Assembly: GCA_032718475.1 (NCBI GenBank)
Contig: JAUCBJ010005318.1
Location: 495-64,494 of the forward strand
Reading direction: 5' to 3'
DNA: 64,000 nt
From: Nemertoderma westbladi
Taxonomy: Eukaryota > Animalia > Xenacoelomorpha
A model generated the notes under the pieces. It was not told where the DNA came from. It saw only the letters and a list, made by a program, of their open reading frames with translations, and did no database searches. Within the stretch, counting starts at the first letter, position 1; each line of letters starts with the position of its first letter. A program made the translations under genes and the position numbers. Below are positions 48,922 to 62,699 of the stretch, piece after piece.

Positions 48922-51900
48922 CCTGGGCTTTATTACTACACCTTGGGTACCCATAGCCCAATTTTTTGCTAGATAGTTTTGGCTATTTTTTAAAAAAGGT
49001 TGGCACTGGTATAGAACCGGATCGGAACATGTTAGCAATCAATTAAGTTCTAGAACATTTTTTTCAAAAAAAAAATTTAATAGTACAAGGATCGTTATAC
49101 AACCCGTATTAAATAAAATTGTTAAAATAAAAAAAGTATATAATTTACATTTCTGAATAGTAGGCCACAAACTGTATTTCGACAGCCATCTCTACTGTAT
49201 ATTTTGTAAAAAACAACTAGCTACAGTAGCAAATAATTACTAGCTATCCTGATTATCAAATACAAATTACTAGCTATGTTTCATAAATTATTTCAGAGAA
49301 ATTTAATTGATGAGTAAAGTATAATTTTAATTTTTTTACAAGCTAATAACATGTAGGCTACTAGCTCACACATAAAATTGTTAGTTAGCGGTTAGTTACA
49401 CCAGTAACACCAGTTAGCTACAGTACTTACAGTCAGTAGGTCAAATATTTATTCTATAACAAAAAACCTCATGATAAAACCATTTTCATAGGATAAAAAG
49501 ATAAAAATAATTTATTTCGTCTAAAATAGCTTTTTAAAATACTCGATACCGATACCGTAGAATTTGATTTTTATAGGTATATATTAAAATGAAGCTACTT
49601 TAATTAACGAATACTTACAAAATAAATAAATGATAGTCTAATCAACAGCAACACCCTTTCCAAATATATTAAGAAGTAAAACATTCTAGAACTACAATAG
49701 GCCAAAAATCCATGGTCCATCGACTGCTTTCCCGTAAGGCTGCAGTGCCATTTATTTTATTCCCCTTCAATCGACATCCTCTATTACACCATGACCTGGA
49801 ATATAGTTTCGTTATTCAGGTACCTGCCCCCCCCCCCTCCCCCCCATAATTTTTCTACAAATCTTAATGAGATTGCATGAAATTTGAAACAGAGATAGTT
49901 TCACCTCCCGACCACTGACTGGGTAAGCCAGAATTTTTATTTTTGCTTTAAATCTTTAACTACAAGCGTTTAAAAAAATGTCTCCAGCGATATTACACCA
50001 GTTACACTCCAGTTATTCTTCAACCTTATAGAGATTTTGCTGATATTGACGGAAAGCTGGCCGTGCAGGGATTCCAAATATGTATCACAATCTGAATTCC
50101 GTCGTAAAATATGAGCAGATATGAGCATTCTAAAGTTGCATGGTTCCGCCCAATCTCCGTTACGGAATCACAAAATTTCACTTACTCTGTTAAAAATTGC
50201 GCATTGTATTGAGACTGTCTATTAATGGACAAATACAGCGTATAGATTTGTTCGAAGTGTCTTAAGGTTGAGATTATTTTATTTGTTGGATTTTGGAAAC
50301 CAACCATCAGAAACAGAAAGTCTACAACGATAACCACATCCGAAGGTTAGCGTTAATGTAGTAAAACAAATCAAACTAGATCTTCACAAGAGATCTCTAT
50401 AAAACTCGTCAACTCGTCGAGCAGCACGTCGGTGGACCATAACTATATTAGCATGATGATTCTATCTTCGTGTACTTGTCAGAGTGGGAAAACTCCAAAC
50501 CATAAGCCAATCAGAATACACGTTAGGCTACAGGAATAGTTATCATTTACAAATGGATTCCTCCTGACATCACACGTTTAAAGGTGCTCTAAAACTTTAA
50601 AACATTCAAACAGAAACTACTTGTATTTTTCGTGCCGCACATTGACACATATCCAAAAATGACCTAATCAACAATGTACAATATATTTCAGTGTCATATT
50701 CGTGATCAGCATCCCGAAAAACATACATGATCATAAAATCAAATTGATTTGTGGTGATTTTGTATTATCATATTTGCATAACTTGTTTTTTTCGTGCCCA
50801 AGAGGGCACATTCAAAATCGGTTTCGCAGGATACAGGGATAGGCCTAATTATCTTTACAGGACTTGCTGTGAAATATAGCATAGCACACCAAAAGTGTGG
50901 GCTTAGTGCAAAGATCTAATATTTCTGATCTAGATTTGGACTTGCTGAGAAAGTACAGTAATGTTCTTCGATAAGAGAACAGACTTGGAAAAAGTACTTT
51001 TTTGTCACTAATTTTAATTTACCCAAATTCAATTACAGTATGCTGTCCGAGACTTTTAGGTTTTGCAGGAATTGCACCTAAAATGCCATCGAATGCAAAA
51101 TTCAATACACGAGGGCAGAACATCTGAATTTCGGTTAAATGAAATTACAGTAGTGACAATAAGTTATTTCTGACACGTTTTTTTTTATCAACAACTATTT
51201 TATCTACAACTAATTTATCCTTTTTTTTTATCTATTACTGTATTAGGGCCTACATGTATTTATAAAACTCGTTTCCGGTAAAAAAAATTTCGCACGACCA
51301 TATCTCCACGCCATACATTTACTATGTACAGTATTTCAGTATGTCACCACGTCATTATTTAATTGGTTTTTCTAGAAAGTTTAAGAGCATAACTACAATT
51401 AATTCCCAACAAATAAATAAAATTAAATTCACCATTGTTCATAATTAGCACTTTAAAGTTTTACTGCCCATGTTTTATTATTTCCCTGCCATCAGGTCTC
51501 GAACTAATAACACAGCACCTGTCCGTTAATTGTCTGAGCTAGAATTTTCTATCACAAATTTCTACAAATTTTAGTGAGAAAAAATGTGGACTTTTCAGAT
51601 AAAAATATTTTTTTTCACAGGAATGACTCGCTGAGAAAAAATGGCCCGTATTTTCGGCTAGCCCTAAGGCACGTGCCTTATATGCTTTAAGGTTAATCCG
51701 GCACTGTATTTTAGTTTATCTCTGTATGCATTATATTATATATTATCTGATTAGGCCCCTATACAGCCTATACAGCTATAGTTGTTGCAGCTGGCACTGC
51801 AAGATAGTGAACGTCATTATAATTACACAGAAAATTACCGGTATATAATTTACTTTTTTACTTTTCAAATAGATTTAGGGGTATTGCTAAACAGTAAAAA

Positions 51901-52076
51901 ACACCGGCCTGCCGGCACCGGTAACGCCATTTACAATGTGACTCCGCCTGATCGGCAACGGCTGAACGGCACCGATCGAACCCTAAATATTTTATTATTA
52001 TCTGTATTATATCAGTATATTGCCAGTTCCAAAACTTACTATGAACTGACTGGGGCTTCACTCTCAGACTACCGGT

Positions 52077-53682
52077 ATGCTTTCCATACAAATACTATTT
52101 ATATTAACTTGCTTGATTGTTGTAACTTGTTTGTTTATATGGCGGTTCTATAACTACTTCGACATATTTAGTGATTCAATCTCACATACAGATTATTTCG
52201 GACCAATTCACTTGCCGCCTTCTCGACCACAGGAAACAATTCTATTGTCTCCAAACATTTGTAGCAAAGAAACTTCGACAAACAGTTCATATGAATCGCT
52301 ACTTTTGATGTATAAATGTAATATGGATGACGTGGAACAAAGATCGGCGATTCGTCGGCTTATGAGAACGCCATCTTACGGACTGGAGGGACATCCAGTT
52401 AAATATATATTTATTATGGGAAATAAAAACTTGTCTGATGTCGCGGAAAATGAATCATTGTTGTTGGAATCGACGAATTACGACGACATTCTCCACGGGG
52501 ATTTTCTCGATTCCTACAGGAATTTATCGACGAAACTTTTGTTCGGTTGGCGTTGGTTTTCTGACTTGGATTGTCGTCTTTTCTTCCGATACATAATGAG
52601 TATCGATATAGACGTATTTCTTAATCTCAGGTATTTATGGGGCCATTAGTGACCTGGTTAGGTTGAATATCGGTAGAGTACCGGTATCAACAATTATATC
52701 TACATCTACAACTCGGCAAGTTGCAGGTATTGTAAGGGTATGCGTTTCTACTTCGCCCAGATAGGAGGGGAAACTGCCAAATTTATTAATTAAAGGAAAG
52801 GATCAGATTACAGTGGCAAATGGCAATATATTTTTAACTAAAACAATAAACTATAAAGTCAATAGAACAGGTTACAGTTTTATTTTTGGGAGTAATCGGC
52901 GGTTATTTGATTAGATTTTAATTTCGTGTAAAGTCCCCCCCTTTGAATCCGTTTGTATTTTTTGCACTAAATTGCGCCATGAAGCATTTTTCATTACACC
53001 TGTAGGGTTTGTATTAGTTACAAGTAAAATATTAGGCCAGGATTACTTCCAAGGAAGGTAAATTAATATTTTGCCGCAGTGTTGAAGATTTCGCACATAT
53101 TTTTACAGGAATTTACTTGAGTTGTTGGATAAAAACAAACGGGATCCGTTGTATTTGGGTTCAATCCATTGGGGTCCCGGTGTCAACAGGAATCCCTCCT
53201 CCAGATGGTTCCTCAGTCGCTCCGAGTACCCGCCAGAGTTCTACCCCGCGTACGCCGCCGGTCTCGGCTACGTTCTCTCCGCCTCGGTCGTTCCGCTCCT
53301 ATACTCCCATTCGTTCCGCGTTCCCTCCCTCTATATAGACGACGCGTTCGTAGGTTTGCTAGCGGAGCGGGCGGGCATCACCCCGGTCGACGACGGACGT
53401 TTCGTTGCCGATTATCCCGCCCCTCCCGAATACTCGTACTGCCGTTACCGCGATTTAATCGTAGTTCACGGGTTCGACGCCCACACAAAGTCTCTGATAA
53501 TGAAAGATATTTGGGATCGACGGGGAACTACCGATTGTAACCAATTACAAACCATCGCCTATATAGCGATGGTTGTTCTTATATCAATCTTATTAATTTC
53601 CTGTAGTTTTTCTACTTACTACTATTACTTCTCCTGTAAACCAACTCTCATTAATTGTTGTTTTCTATCGAAACGTATTTAG
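52077..53682 (+). CDS. GT31 beta-1,3-galactosyltransferase-like protein, copy 2; join(52077..52630, 53109..53682)
   Basis: Same exon structure as copy 1; one visible amino-acid difference (LLLIYK versus LLLMYK). Confidence 0.88.
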
Positions 53683-53783
53683 TACTTATTTATTGAGTTT
53701 TCCTAATTAATACGTATTTTGTTGCCCTTCTGTGCAGTACCAGCGAGTTGGGGGTCTACCTTGAGCTGCTGTCTAACTAACCA

Positions 53784-54481
53784 ATTTCCTCCAAATCGTC
53801 CTCTTCACGAACACCAGGTACCGAATCCGCCGTAATTGGCGACTCGAAAGGGGTCATTAAATATGGCGCAATAGCATATCCACTATCAGCCAATAAGACA
53901 CAATTCGTATTGGATAGGATTGAAGGGATTCCTAAATATCCGAGAATCATGCACAGACCCGGGCCACTCCGCGACAACACTTGTAGATTCTAAAAAACAG
54001 TTACAAGTAGCTTGAACGTTTACTGAAAATAATTTTTTTTGATAGATAGAGTTTCAGGTTCAGCCAATTAGAGCGTCCTATTCGTAGACCACTCGTCCTT
54101 GCCATACGTCCTACTGACCACGTTCATAAAATTTCAACCCAATTCCCCAACCGTGACATGAGTTAAGTGGAAAACGTACACCCCACGGATTTCAAATTTA
54201 TATGCGAATTTTGCTTCAAAAGTAACCTTTTGATCTTACTTGTGTATTATGAAGTGTTCACTTCAAACAGAAGTAAACACTTGCGTTTTATTCAAATCAA
54301 CCAGAAAACACTTCCCTCTACACTTCACTCTACACTTCCCTCTACACTTCACTCTACACTTCACTCTATACTTCACTCTTTACTTCACTCTATTTTTATT
54401 CAAGCACAATAAGTATCTTTGAAGTGTTTGCGAGTGTTTACTTGAAGTGAAAGTGTTTACTTGTTTTTATTCAAATCACCC
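53784..54481 (-). mobile_element. Truncated Harbinger right half in duplication copy 2
   Basis: Matches 46628-47318; left TIR and Myb gene deleted. Confidence 0.88.
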
Positions 54482-57400
54482 AAAACACGGACCAACTTGT
54501 TTCTGAAACTTGTTGCTGAAAATTTAAATAAAATGCTACGAAATTTGGTATGATGATAGATCGACACATTTTCTTACTGGTGGCCTGGCTGGATTTTTTA
54601 ATTTATGAGCTATTTCGATACAACAAACCGTTAAAAATCGTCTATTTCGCAATATTTAGCCACCTCCGTCAGCTTTATTTTTCGTCTTTGGAATGAAATC
54701 TAGATATCATTAGAACCGCCTTCATCTGTAGATTCCGAATATGAAACCCGTTGTAAATTTCAGATTTCATAGATAATGATAAAAATACTCAGGTGTAAAT
54801 TTTTATGACGTAAATCGCTATAATTCTCAAGTTTTTTTTACTCAATTCTAGAATATTAATTATGGGTAATGAAAAAACAAGATCGAGAGTTATAGGGTGG
54901 TTTGAATAGAAACAAGTAAACACTTTCACTTCAAGTAAACACTCGCAAACACTTCAAAGATACTTATTGTGCTTGAATAAAAATAGAGTGAAGTAAAGAG
55001 TGAAGTATAGAGTGAAGTAAAGAGTGAAGTGTAGAGTGAAGTAAAGAGTGAAGTGAAGTGTAGAGTGAAGTGTTTTCTGGTTGATTTGAATAAAACGCAA
55101 GTGTTTACTTCTGTTTGAAGTGAACACTTCATAATACACAAGTAAGATCAAAAGGTTTCACTTTTGAAGCAAAATTCGCATATAAATTTGAAATCCGTGG
55201 GGTGTACGTTTTCCACTTAACTCATGTCACGGTTGGGGAATTGGGTTGAAATTTTATGAACGTGGTCAGTAGGACGCATGGCAGGGACTCTATCACACTA
55301 TAGGCGCCACTTTTCATATGGAAAGCATACAGCGTTATTTTAGTTGGCTGTCTTGGGGTTTCTTAAATTAAAGCAGTAATTTAACCTTAACCCTAAGTCA
55401 TGAGGCTCTAATCCAAAAAAAATCGTGGAATTTCGGACTTTTCAGTTTATTTATTAATATCCATTTCCGGTCTCCATTAATGCAAAAATTGATTTAATAA
55501 AAGTTGACAGTAATTCATAATACGGAAATAGCTGTCACTAGCAATGCTAGTGCCGCAAGGAGGTGATGGGTAAGCTAAGACCAGAAGTGGAGGGGGAAAT
55601 AATTTTTGCAAACATTTATTAGATTAGAGCCTCATGACTTAGGGTTAGGATTAAATTACTGCTTTAATTATGGTTTGGGCCGGCACTATTGTAACCTTGC
55701 GAGGCCCACGACATCCGTTAAAACGTGGCACCTCTAGTGTGATATCCCCATTGTTATCTACTGTACAAGGTTGCACCGTCACAACTCCCTATCCCCATGA
55801 CTATCGCGAGATTATCCGTAACTTCAAGGCCAGTGTTAAGAGGTTAGTCAGTTAAGAGACGACTAAGATTGTCAGGCTGGTCCTCACGGCCAAAGCAATG
55901 TCCTGCAAAGCGGAGGCGATTTTGTTCTAGTGTCAAGCTGGGGGAACCATTGAGACACCTCCAATGTTATATAGTGTCTGGTTGGGGATGTGTGCATTGT
56001 ACTTGACACAATGAACCCGGCGTAGCATTCTTGTGAATGTGCCATCCAGAGATTTGGTGTCCTCAGCAGTTAGAGCCCTGGGCTTTATTACTACACCTTG
56101 GGTACCCATAGCCCAATTTTTTGCTAGATAGTTTTGGCTATTTTTTAAAAAAAGGTTGGCACTGGTATAGAACCGGATCGGAACATGTTAGCAATCAATT
56201 AAGTTCTAGAACATTTTTTTCAAAAAAAAAATTTAATAGTACAAGGATCGTTATACAACCCGTATTAAATAAAATTGTTAAAATAAAAAAAGTATATAAT
56301 TTACATTTCTGAATAGTAGGCCACAAACTGTATTTCGACAGCCATCTCTACTGTATATTTTGTAAAAAACAACTAGCTACAGTAGCAAATAATTACTAGC
56401 TATCCTGATTATCAAATACAAATTACTAGCTATGTTTCATAAATTATTTCAGAGAAATTTAATTGATGAGTAAAGTATAATTTTAATTTTTTTACAAGCT
56501 AATAACATGTAGGCTACTAGCTCACACATAAAATTGTTAGTTAGCGGTTAGTTACACCAGTTACACCAGTAACACCAGTTAGCTACAGTACTTACAGTCA
56601 GTAGGTCAAATATTTATTCTATAACAAAAAACCTCATGATAAAACCATTTTCATAGGATAAAAAGATAAAAATAATTTATTTCGTCTAAAATAGCTTTTT
56701 AAAATACTCGATACCGATACCGTAGAATTTGATTTTTATAGGTATATATTAAAATGAAGCTACTTTAATTAACGAATACTTACAAAATAAATAAATGATA
56801 GTCTAATCAACAGCAACACCCTTTCCAAATATATTAAGAAGTAAAACATTCTAGAACTACAATAGGCCAAAAATCCATGGTCCATCGACTGCTTTCCCGT
56901 AAGGCTGCAGTGCCATTTATTTTATTCCCCTTCAATCGACATCCTCTATTACACCATGTCCTGGAATATAGTGTCGTTATTCAGGTACCTGCCCCCCCCC
57001 CCCCCCCCCATAATTTTTCTACAAATCTTAATGAGATTGCATGAAATTTGAAACAGAGATAGTTTCACCTCCCGACCACTGACTGGGTGAGCCAGAATTT
57101 TTATTTTTGCTTTAAATCTTTAACTACAAGCGTTTAAAAAAATGTCTCCAGCGATATTACACCAGTTACACTCCAGTTATTCTTCAACCTTATAGAGATT
57201 TTGCTGATATTGACGGAAAGCTGGCCGTGCAGGGATTCCAAATATGTATCACAATCTGAATTCCGTCGTAAAATATGAGCAGATATGAGCATTCTAAAGT
57301 TGCATGGTTCCGCCCAATCTCCGTTACGGAATCACAAAATTTCACTTACTCTGTTAAAAATTGCGCATTGTATTGAGACTGTCTATTAATGGACAAATAC

Positions 57401-58362
57401 AGCGTATAGATTTGTTCGAAGTGTCTTAAGGTTGAGATTATTTTATTTGTTGGATTTTGGAAACCAACCATCAGAAACAGAAAGTCTACAACGATAACCA
57501 CATCCGAAGGTTAGCGTTAATGTAGTAAAACAAATCAAACTAGATCTTCACAAGAGATCTCTATAAAACTCGTCAACTCGTCGAGCAGCACGTCGGTGGA
57601 CCATAACTATATTAGCATGATGATTCTATCTTCGTGTACTTGTCAGAGTGGGAAAACTCCAAACCATAAGCCAATCAGAATACACGTTAGGCTACAGGAA
57701 TAGTTATCATTTACAAATGGATTCCTCCTGACATCACACGTTTAAAGGTGCTCTAAAACTTTAAAACATTCAAACAGAAACTACTTGTATTTTTCGTGCC
57801 GCACATTGACACATATCCAAAAATGACCTAATCAACAATGTACAATATATTTCAGTGTCATATTCGTGATCAGCATCCCGAAAAACATACATGATCATAA
57901 AATCAAATTGATTTGTGGTGATTTTGTATTATCATATTTGCATAACTTGTTTTTTTCGTGCCCAAGAGGGCACATTCAAAATTACCAAAAAAAATTTAGA
58001 ATCTTATATTTGCGCTCTATAATCGTGATCGGTGTCCACAAAACCGCAATTAAATTATTTTAGTGAACCATAAACACTTGAAAATTTTAGCACGAAAAAT
58101 ACTCGAAATGGGTGCCAGAAAGGGACCACAGCACGAAAACTAACATAGCCATGTAAATTGCGTTTGTCGCTGTTGGATGGCATGGCCCATTATTAACTTT
58201 TAGGAAAAGTCACGAAATCTCGGCTTTCCTAACAAACCTGACTCAAAGATACGGATGAATTTAATTACAAAACAATTTCTACAATGACGCCCCCTGCCCC
58301 CCTGGCCAAATAGGGTTAAGGTACAGTAGGATATATATACTGATCGTATTCGCTCCTTGACA

Positions 58363-58490
58363 TTGCCGTTGTCCCGGATACTCTCCGTTCGCCATATTCG
58401 CTAGTCCTTGCCGTTGCCCCGGGTACTCTCCGTTCGCCATAGTCGCTAGTCCTTGCTTGCCGTTGCCCCGGGTACTCTCCGTTCGCCATA
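58363..58490. repeat. Three tandem 41-45-bp repeats
   Basis: TTGCCGTTGYCCCGGRTACTCTCCGTTCGCCATA three times. Confidence 0.85.
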
Positions 58491-58610
58491 TAAATAAACA
58501 AGTATGCCCTCCTTGTACCGGTAACTGCTGCACTGTACTACTAACAGCACTATGTAATACTAATGTAGCAGTACCTGCCTAATTTACTAATTTACACAAA
58601 GATAGTATTA

Positions 58611-58861
58611 ATAATGCTCTCCATAGCGAAGAATATCAACCGGCCCTATTGGGGCTCGAACCCGGTACCTAGGTTTCAAACTTCTGGTTATCATCAGCCG
58701 GGTGAGTGTACTGAGCTACCAGACCGGATGAATATTTCGCTGTGGAGTGTGAGATCATATTTAGGCCAACTAATCACTCAAAGGAAAGTACAAGTTCTTA
58801 TTCACATTGTATATTTAATACACCGCGTCACTCTCCCCACAACAATTCACTTATTATTATT
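58611..58861 (-). mobile_element. Short tRNA-derived element containing a hammerhead ribozyme motif
   Basis: Minus strand: A-box-like GGTAGCTCAGT and B box GGTTCGAGCCC; flanking inverted repeats 58619-58643 / 58724-58747; near-TSD AAAGATA(G/T)TATTA at 58598-58610 and 58862-58874; (TTA)n at the right end. Confidence 0.7.
58660..58703 (-). ncRNA. Minimal type I hammerhead ribozyme motif
   Basis: ACCCGG-CUGAUGA-U-AAC-CAGAA-GUU-U-GAAA-CCUAGG-UA^CCGGGU: 6-bp stem I, complete core, 3-bp stem II, palindromic stem III, GUA cleavage triplet. Confidence 0.78.
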
Positions 58862-59495
58862 AAAGATATTATTAGGTATCTGGATGTTGATATCAATGAA
58901 TATCAATGGGATCCCGAGGCGTATAGTGACGTCACGACCAATCACAGATCGTTTTATAATTTTGAATAATTTTTAAACTGAAAACACCAATATCTCGGCC
59001 ATTTTAGCATCTTATTGAATTCTGTAAACGCCATTGTGTTTCTGTGATATTATTGCATCTAATTAATCTGGTTTTGAATTTGAGTCGTGAACCCCATTTA
59101 AATAATTCAATTTTTCTTTATTAGACAATAACAAAAATTTTTCATCATTCCTAAACACATATTAAATAATCCAACCTTCTAGCAATTGTAGTCATCTTCT
59201 TCACCTTGAAAGCCTTTCTGATGAAAATGGCGGGTTATTCAATAAATAATTTAATTAAAAATATTGTTCGTCGAAGACTTGTCAAAAACTAGCCGATCGT
59301 GCTGCCATCCCCCGTAACCTCGAATAGCTCGCAGTGCAAACATACTGAACGACAGACTGACAGGCAGTATAACCACAGTGTTGTTTATTTAGCTGACCCA
59401 GTCACTGCACCAATGGGATCCAGAAAATAGAAACATTGAATGACGTTATTGTAAAGTAGATTGTAACTAAATTATTGTAAAAGTATAATTTATTA

Positions 59496-62400
59496 TCAAC
59501 TTGGAACTCCATTAACAGTATCTTCTAGTTCCTCATCAGATTCATCCAGGGTTTCGTCGACCTCAAACAAGGCCTCGTCACATTCGACAGTGTCTCCGGT
59601 CTGGGCGAAAAATATTTCGTCACTGGCGTCCAAAGTGGCGTCTCGTTCAAATAATTGTTTACCTGGAAAGAGTGTCAAATATTAATAATTAATAAAAGAC
59701 TTAATAGGTATAAAATAAATTGGTAAGGTAACTAAAATATGTAGTTCTAGATTTTTGTTTATAAATAAAAGTGAAAAAATGTTAAGGGGCATAAAAACTT
59801 AAAGCCCCCCCCCCCCCCCCCACCCCCCTAATACCCGGTAAATTTTACCGGGTATCAAAAAGTTGCGTGTTTATTTACTTTGTCTACCAATAATAACTCG
59901 GTCTCCCATTGAGACCACGCTATGCGCTAACCGGTTAACCGTTGAGACCACGCTATGCGCTAACCGGTTAACCGTTGAGACCACGCTATGCGCTAACCGG
60001 TTAACCGTTGAGACCACGCTATGCGCTAACCGGTTAACCGTTGAGACCGCGCTATGCGCTAACCGGTTAACCATTGAGACCGCGCTATGCGCTAACCGGT
60101 TAACCGTTGAGACCGCGCTATGCGCTAACCGGTTAACCGTTGAGACCACGCTATGCGCTAACCGGTTAACCGTTGAGACCGCGCTATGCGCTAACCGGTT
60201 AACCGTTGAGACCACGCTATGCGCTAACCGGTTAACCGTTGAGACCACGCTATGCGCTAACCGGTTAACCGTTGAGACCGCGCTATGCGCTAACCGGTTA
60301 ACCGTTGAGACCACGCTATGCGCTAACCGGTTAACCGTTGAGACCACGCTATGCGCTAACCGGTTAACCATTGAGACCGCGCTATGCGCTAACCGGTTAA
60401 CCGTTGAGACCGCGCTATGCGCTAACCGGTTAACCGTTGAGACCACGCTATGCGCTAACCGGTTAACCGTTGAGACCGCGCTATGCGCTAACCGGTTAAC
60501 CGTTGAGACCACGCTATGCGCTAACCGGTTAACCGTTGAGACCACGCTAACCGGTTAACCGTTTAGACCACGCTATGCGCTAACCGGTTAACCGTTGAGA
60601 CCGCGCTATGCGCTAACCGGTTAACCGTTGAGACCACGCTATGCGCTAACCGGTTAACCGTTGAGACCACGCTAACCGGTTAACCGTTGAGACCACGCTA
60701 TGCGCTAACCGGTTAACCGTTGATACCACGCTATGCGCTAACCGGTTAACCGTTGAGACCGCGCTATGGGCTAACCGGTTAACCGTTGAGACCGCGCTAT
60801 GCGCTAACCGGTTAACCATTGAGACCGCGCTATGCGCTAACCGGTTAACCGTTGAGACCACGCTATGCGCTAACCGGTTAACCGTTGAGACCGCGCTATG
60901 CGCTAACCGGTTAACCGTTGAGACCGCGCTATGCGCTAACCGGTTAACCGTTGAGACCACGCTATGCGCTTACCGGTTAACCGTTGAGACCACGCTATGC
61001 CCTAACCGGTTAACCGTTGAGACCACGCTAACCGGTTAACCGTTGAGACCACGCTATGTGCTAACCGGTTAACCGTTGAGACCGCGCTATGCGCTAACCG
61101 GTTAACCGTTGAGACCACGCTATGCGCTAACAGGTTAACCGTTGAGACCACGCTATGCGCTAACCGGTTAACCGTTGAGACCACGCTATGCGCTAACCGG
61201 TTAACCGTTTAGGCCACGCTATGCGCTAACCGGTTAACTGTTGAGACCACGCTATGCGCTAACCGGTTAACCGTTGAGACCACGCTATGCGCTAACCGGT
61301 TAACCGTTGAGACCACGCTATGCGCTAACCGGTTAACCGTTGAGACCACGCTATGCGCTAACCTGTTAACCGTTTATCAGCCTTCGAGTCGGCCACAGAA
61401 ATCCGTTTCTTGGGATCGAGGAATTCCGTATCGAAGCGCCGTTTCCATGCGAGGAAGGTTTCCACGGTTACCGGGGTTCCTATTAGTTTCCGTTTCAGCG
61501 CCTCTTCCGCCTCCGTCTGAACTATGTTCGCCAAGTCCAACGCGGTCTGTCTGCATTAAATGAAATAAATAGTTAGTTAGTGGGTTAATTATTTAGATAG
61601 TTATTTAACTCTGACGTTCTAGAACTCTACAAACAACATCGATCTGATCGCAACGAAAATTTCAACCAACAACTCTACCAATTAGGACTGGCATTTAAGT
61701 CCCATCCACAGAGTCACATATATGACTCAATTAGACTAATGGGTACTTATTACCGCATCCGGAATCTCCCAGTATACTGGACGGTTTATCAATGACTAAC
61801 TTATGAGTGTCGGAAATAGAGTTGAGATAATCCTTGCAACATGATATCAATGTGAATACCATCACCTCTCCGACGGTTTCAGAAGCGGTATCATTCAGAG
61901 TTCCAAGTAGATCGGAAGCTTCAACGTCAGTGAGACCACCGGAATCCAAAACTTCCATCTATTTTATACAGAAATACAACGGGAGTTAATCGCGTCTGAG
62001 TCGGGAGCTGCATTATATACCACGAGTCCAACAGCTGAACAGAACAATATGAGGGATAATGAATTGATAGAACTAGGCCTAAGCTACATCAGCCGAGCTG
62101 CTTGTCATTGGCAATATATTAATTCATAGGAATTAAACACCTATCTTTGTTAATAGTAAATTCTTGGGAATTAAATGAATTCATTTTACCCGTCAATAAC
62201 TTACTAACTCTCTGTGTTTAATGTTTGAAAAATAACAGAAATTAAATATCGGTTGTCATAGGAAGCAGGAAGGCATATTGTGTATTGGTACCGCGGAGCG
62301 TCAGATTCGAAACAGGTTTACTGTATACCCTATAAACTGCAAACCCTTTTTATAAATGTTTGATTATCAGGACTACCGTATGTCGTAAAAGCGGCATATT

Positions 62401-62666
62401 TAATGCTGCAATGAGTCATTAACTCTGACATTCAGTCGGACTGCCTTACCCGGGGAGTAATCTGAGGATAAGTGGCCGGTAACACGAACTGAAGTTCGAC
62501 GAAATATATCCTCGGCAGTTACAGCGCCATCGGTGTCTGACTCGTCGGAATTCACAAGGAGTTTAAAGGAATGCGGATTCTCGTCGATACGCGTAAACTT
62601 ATCCGGGTAAATGGCGACTATCGCATCCAACTCATCGCTTTGTTCCTCAGAATTATTTGAAGCCAT
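59496..62666 (-). CDS. RWDD1: RWD domain-containing protein 1; exons about 62450-62666, 61801-(61951 or 61958), 61363-61550, 59496-59662
   Basis: EEQSDELDAIVAIYP, ETVGEVMVFTLIS, GTPVTVETFLAWKRRF, RLTGKQLFE and an acidic DEALFE tail; introns 2 and 3 are phase-compatible GT-AG; the intron 1 junction is uncertain. Confidence 0.9.
59906..61374. repeat. 30-bp minisatellite (about 49 units, a few 22-bp variants) in RWDD1 intron 3
   Basis: Unit GTTGAGACCRCGCTATGCGCTAACCGGTTAACC-type, head-to-tail. Confidence 0.98.
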
Positions 62667-62699
62667 TTCAATTTTCAAGGTTTAACTAACCATAACTCA

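Larger units (their letters stand above)
40927..57982 (+). repeat. Recent tandem segmental duplication: copy 1 40927-50818, copy 2 50820-57982
   Basis: Near-identical sequence; junction CACATTCAAAAT-C-GGTTTCGCAGG at 50819; copy 2 lacks about 43863-46627 of copy 1. Confidence 0.95.

Noticed and set aside
59863-61184. Repetitive ORFs (ETTLCANRLTV / VNRLAHSVVST)
   Set aside because: Artefacts of a stop-free 30-bp minisatellite inside an RWDD1 intron
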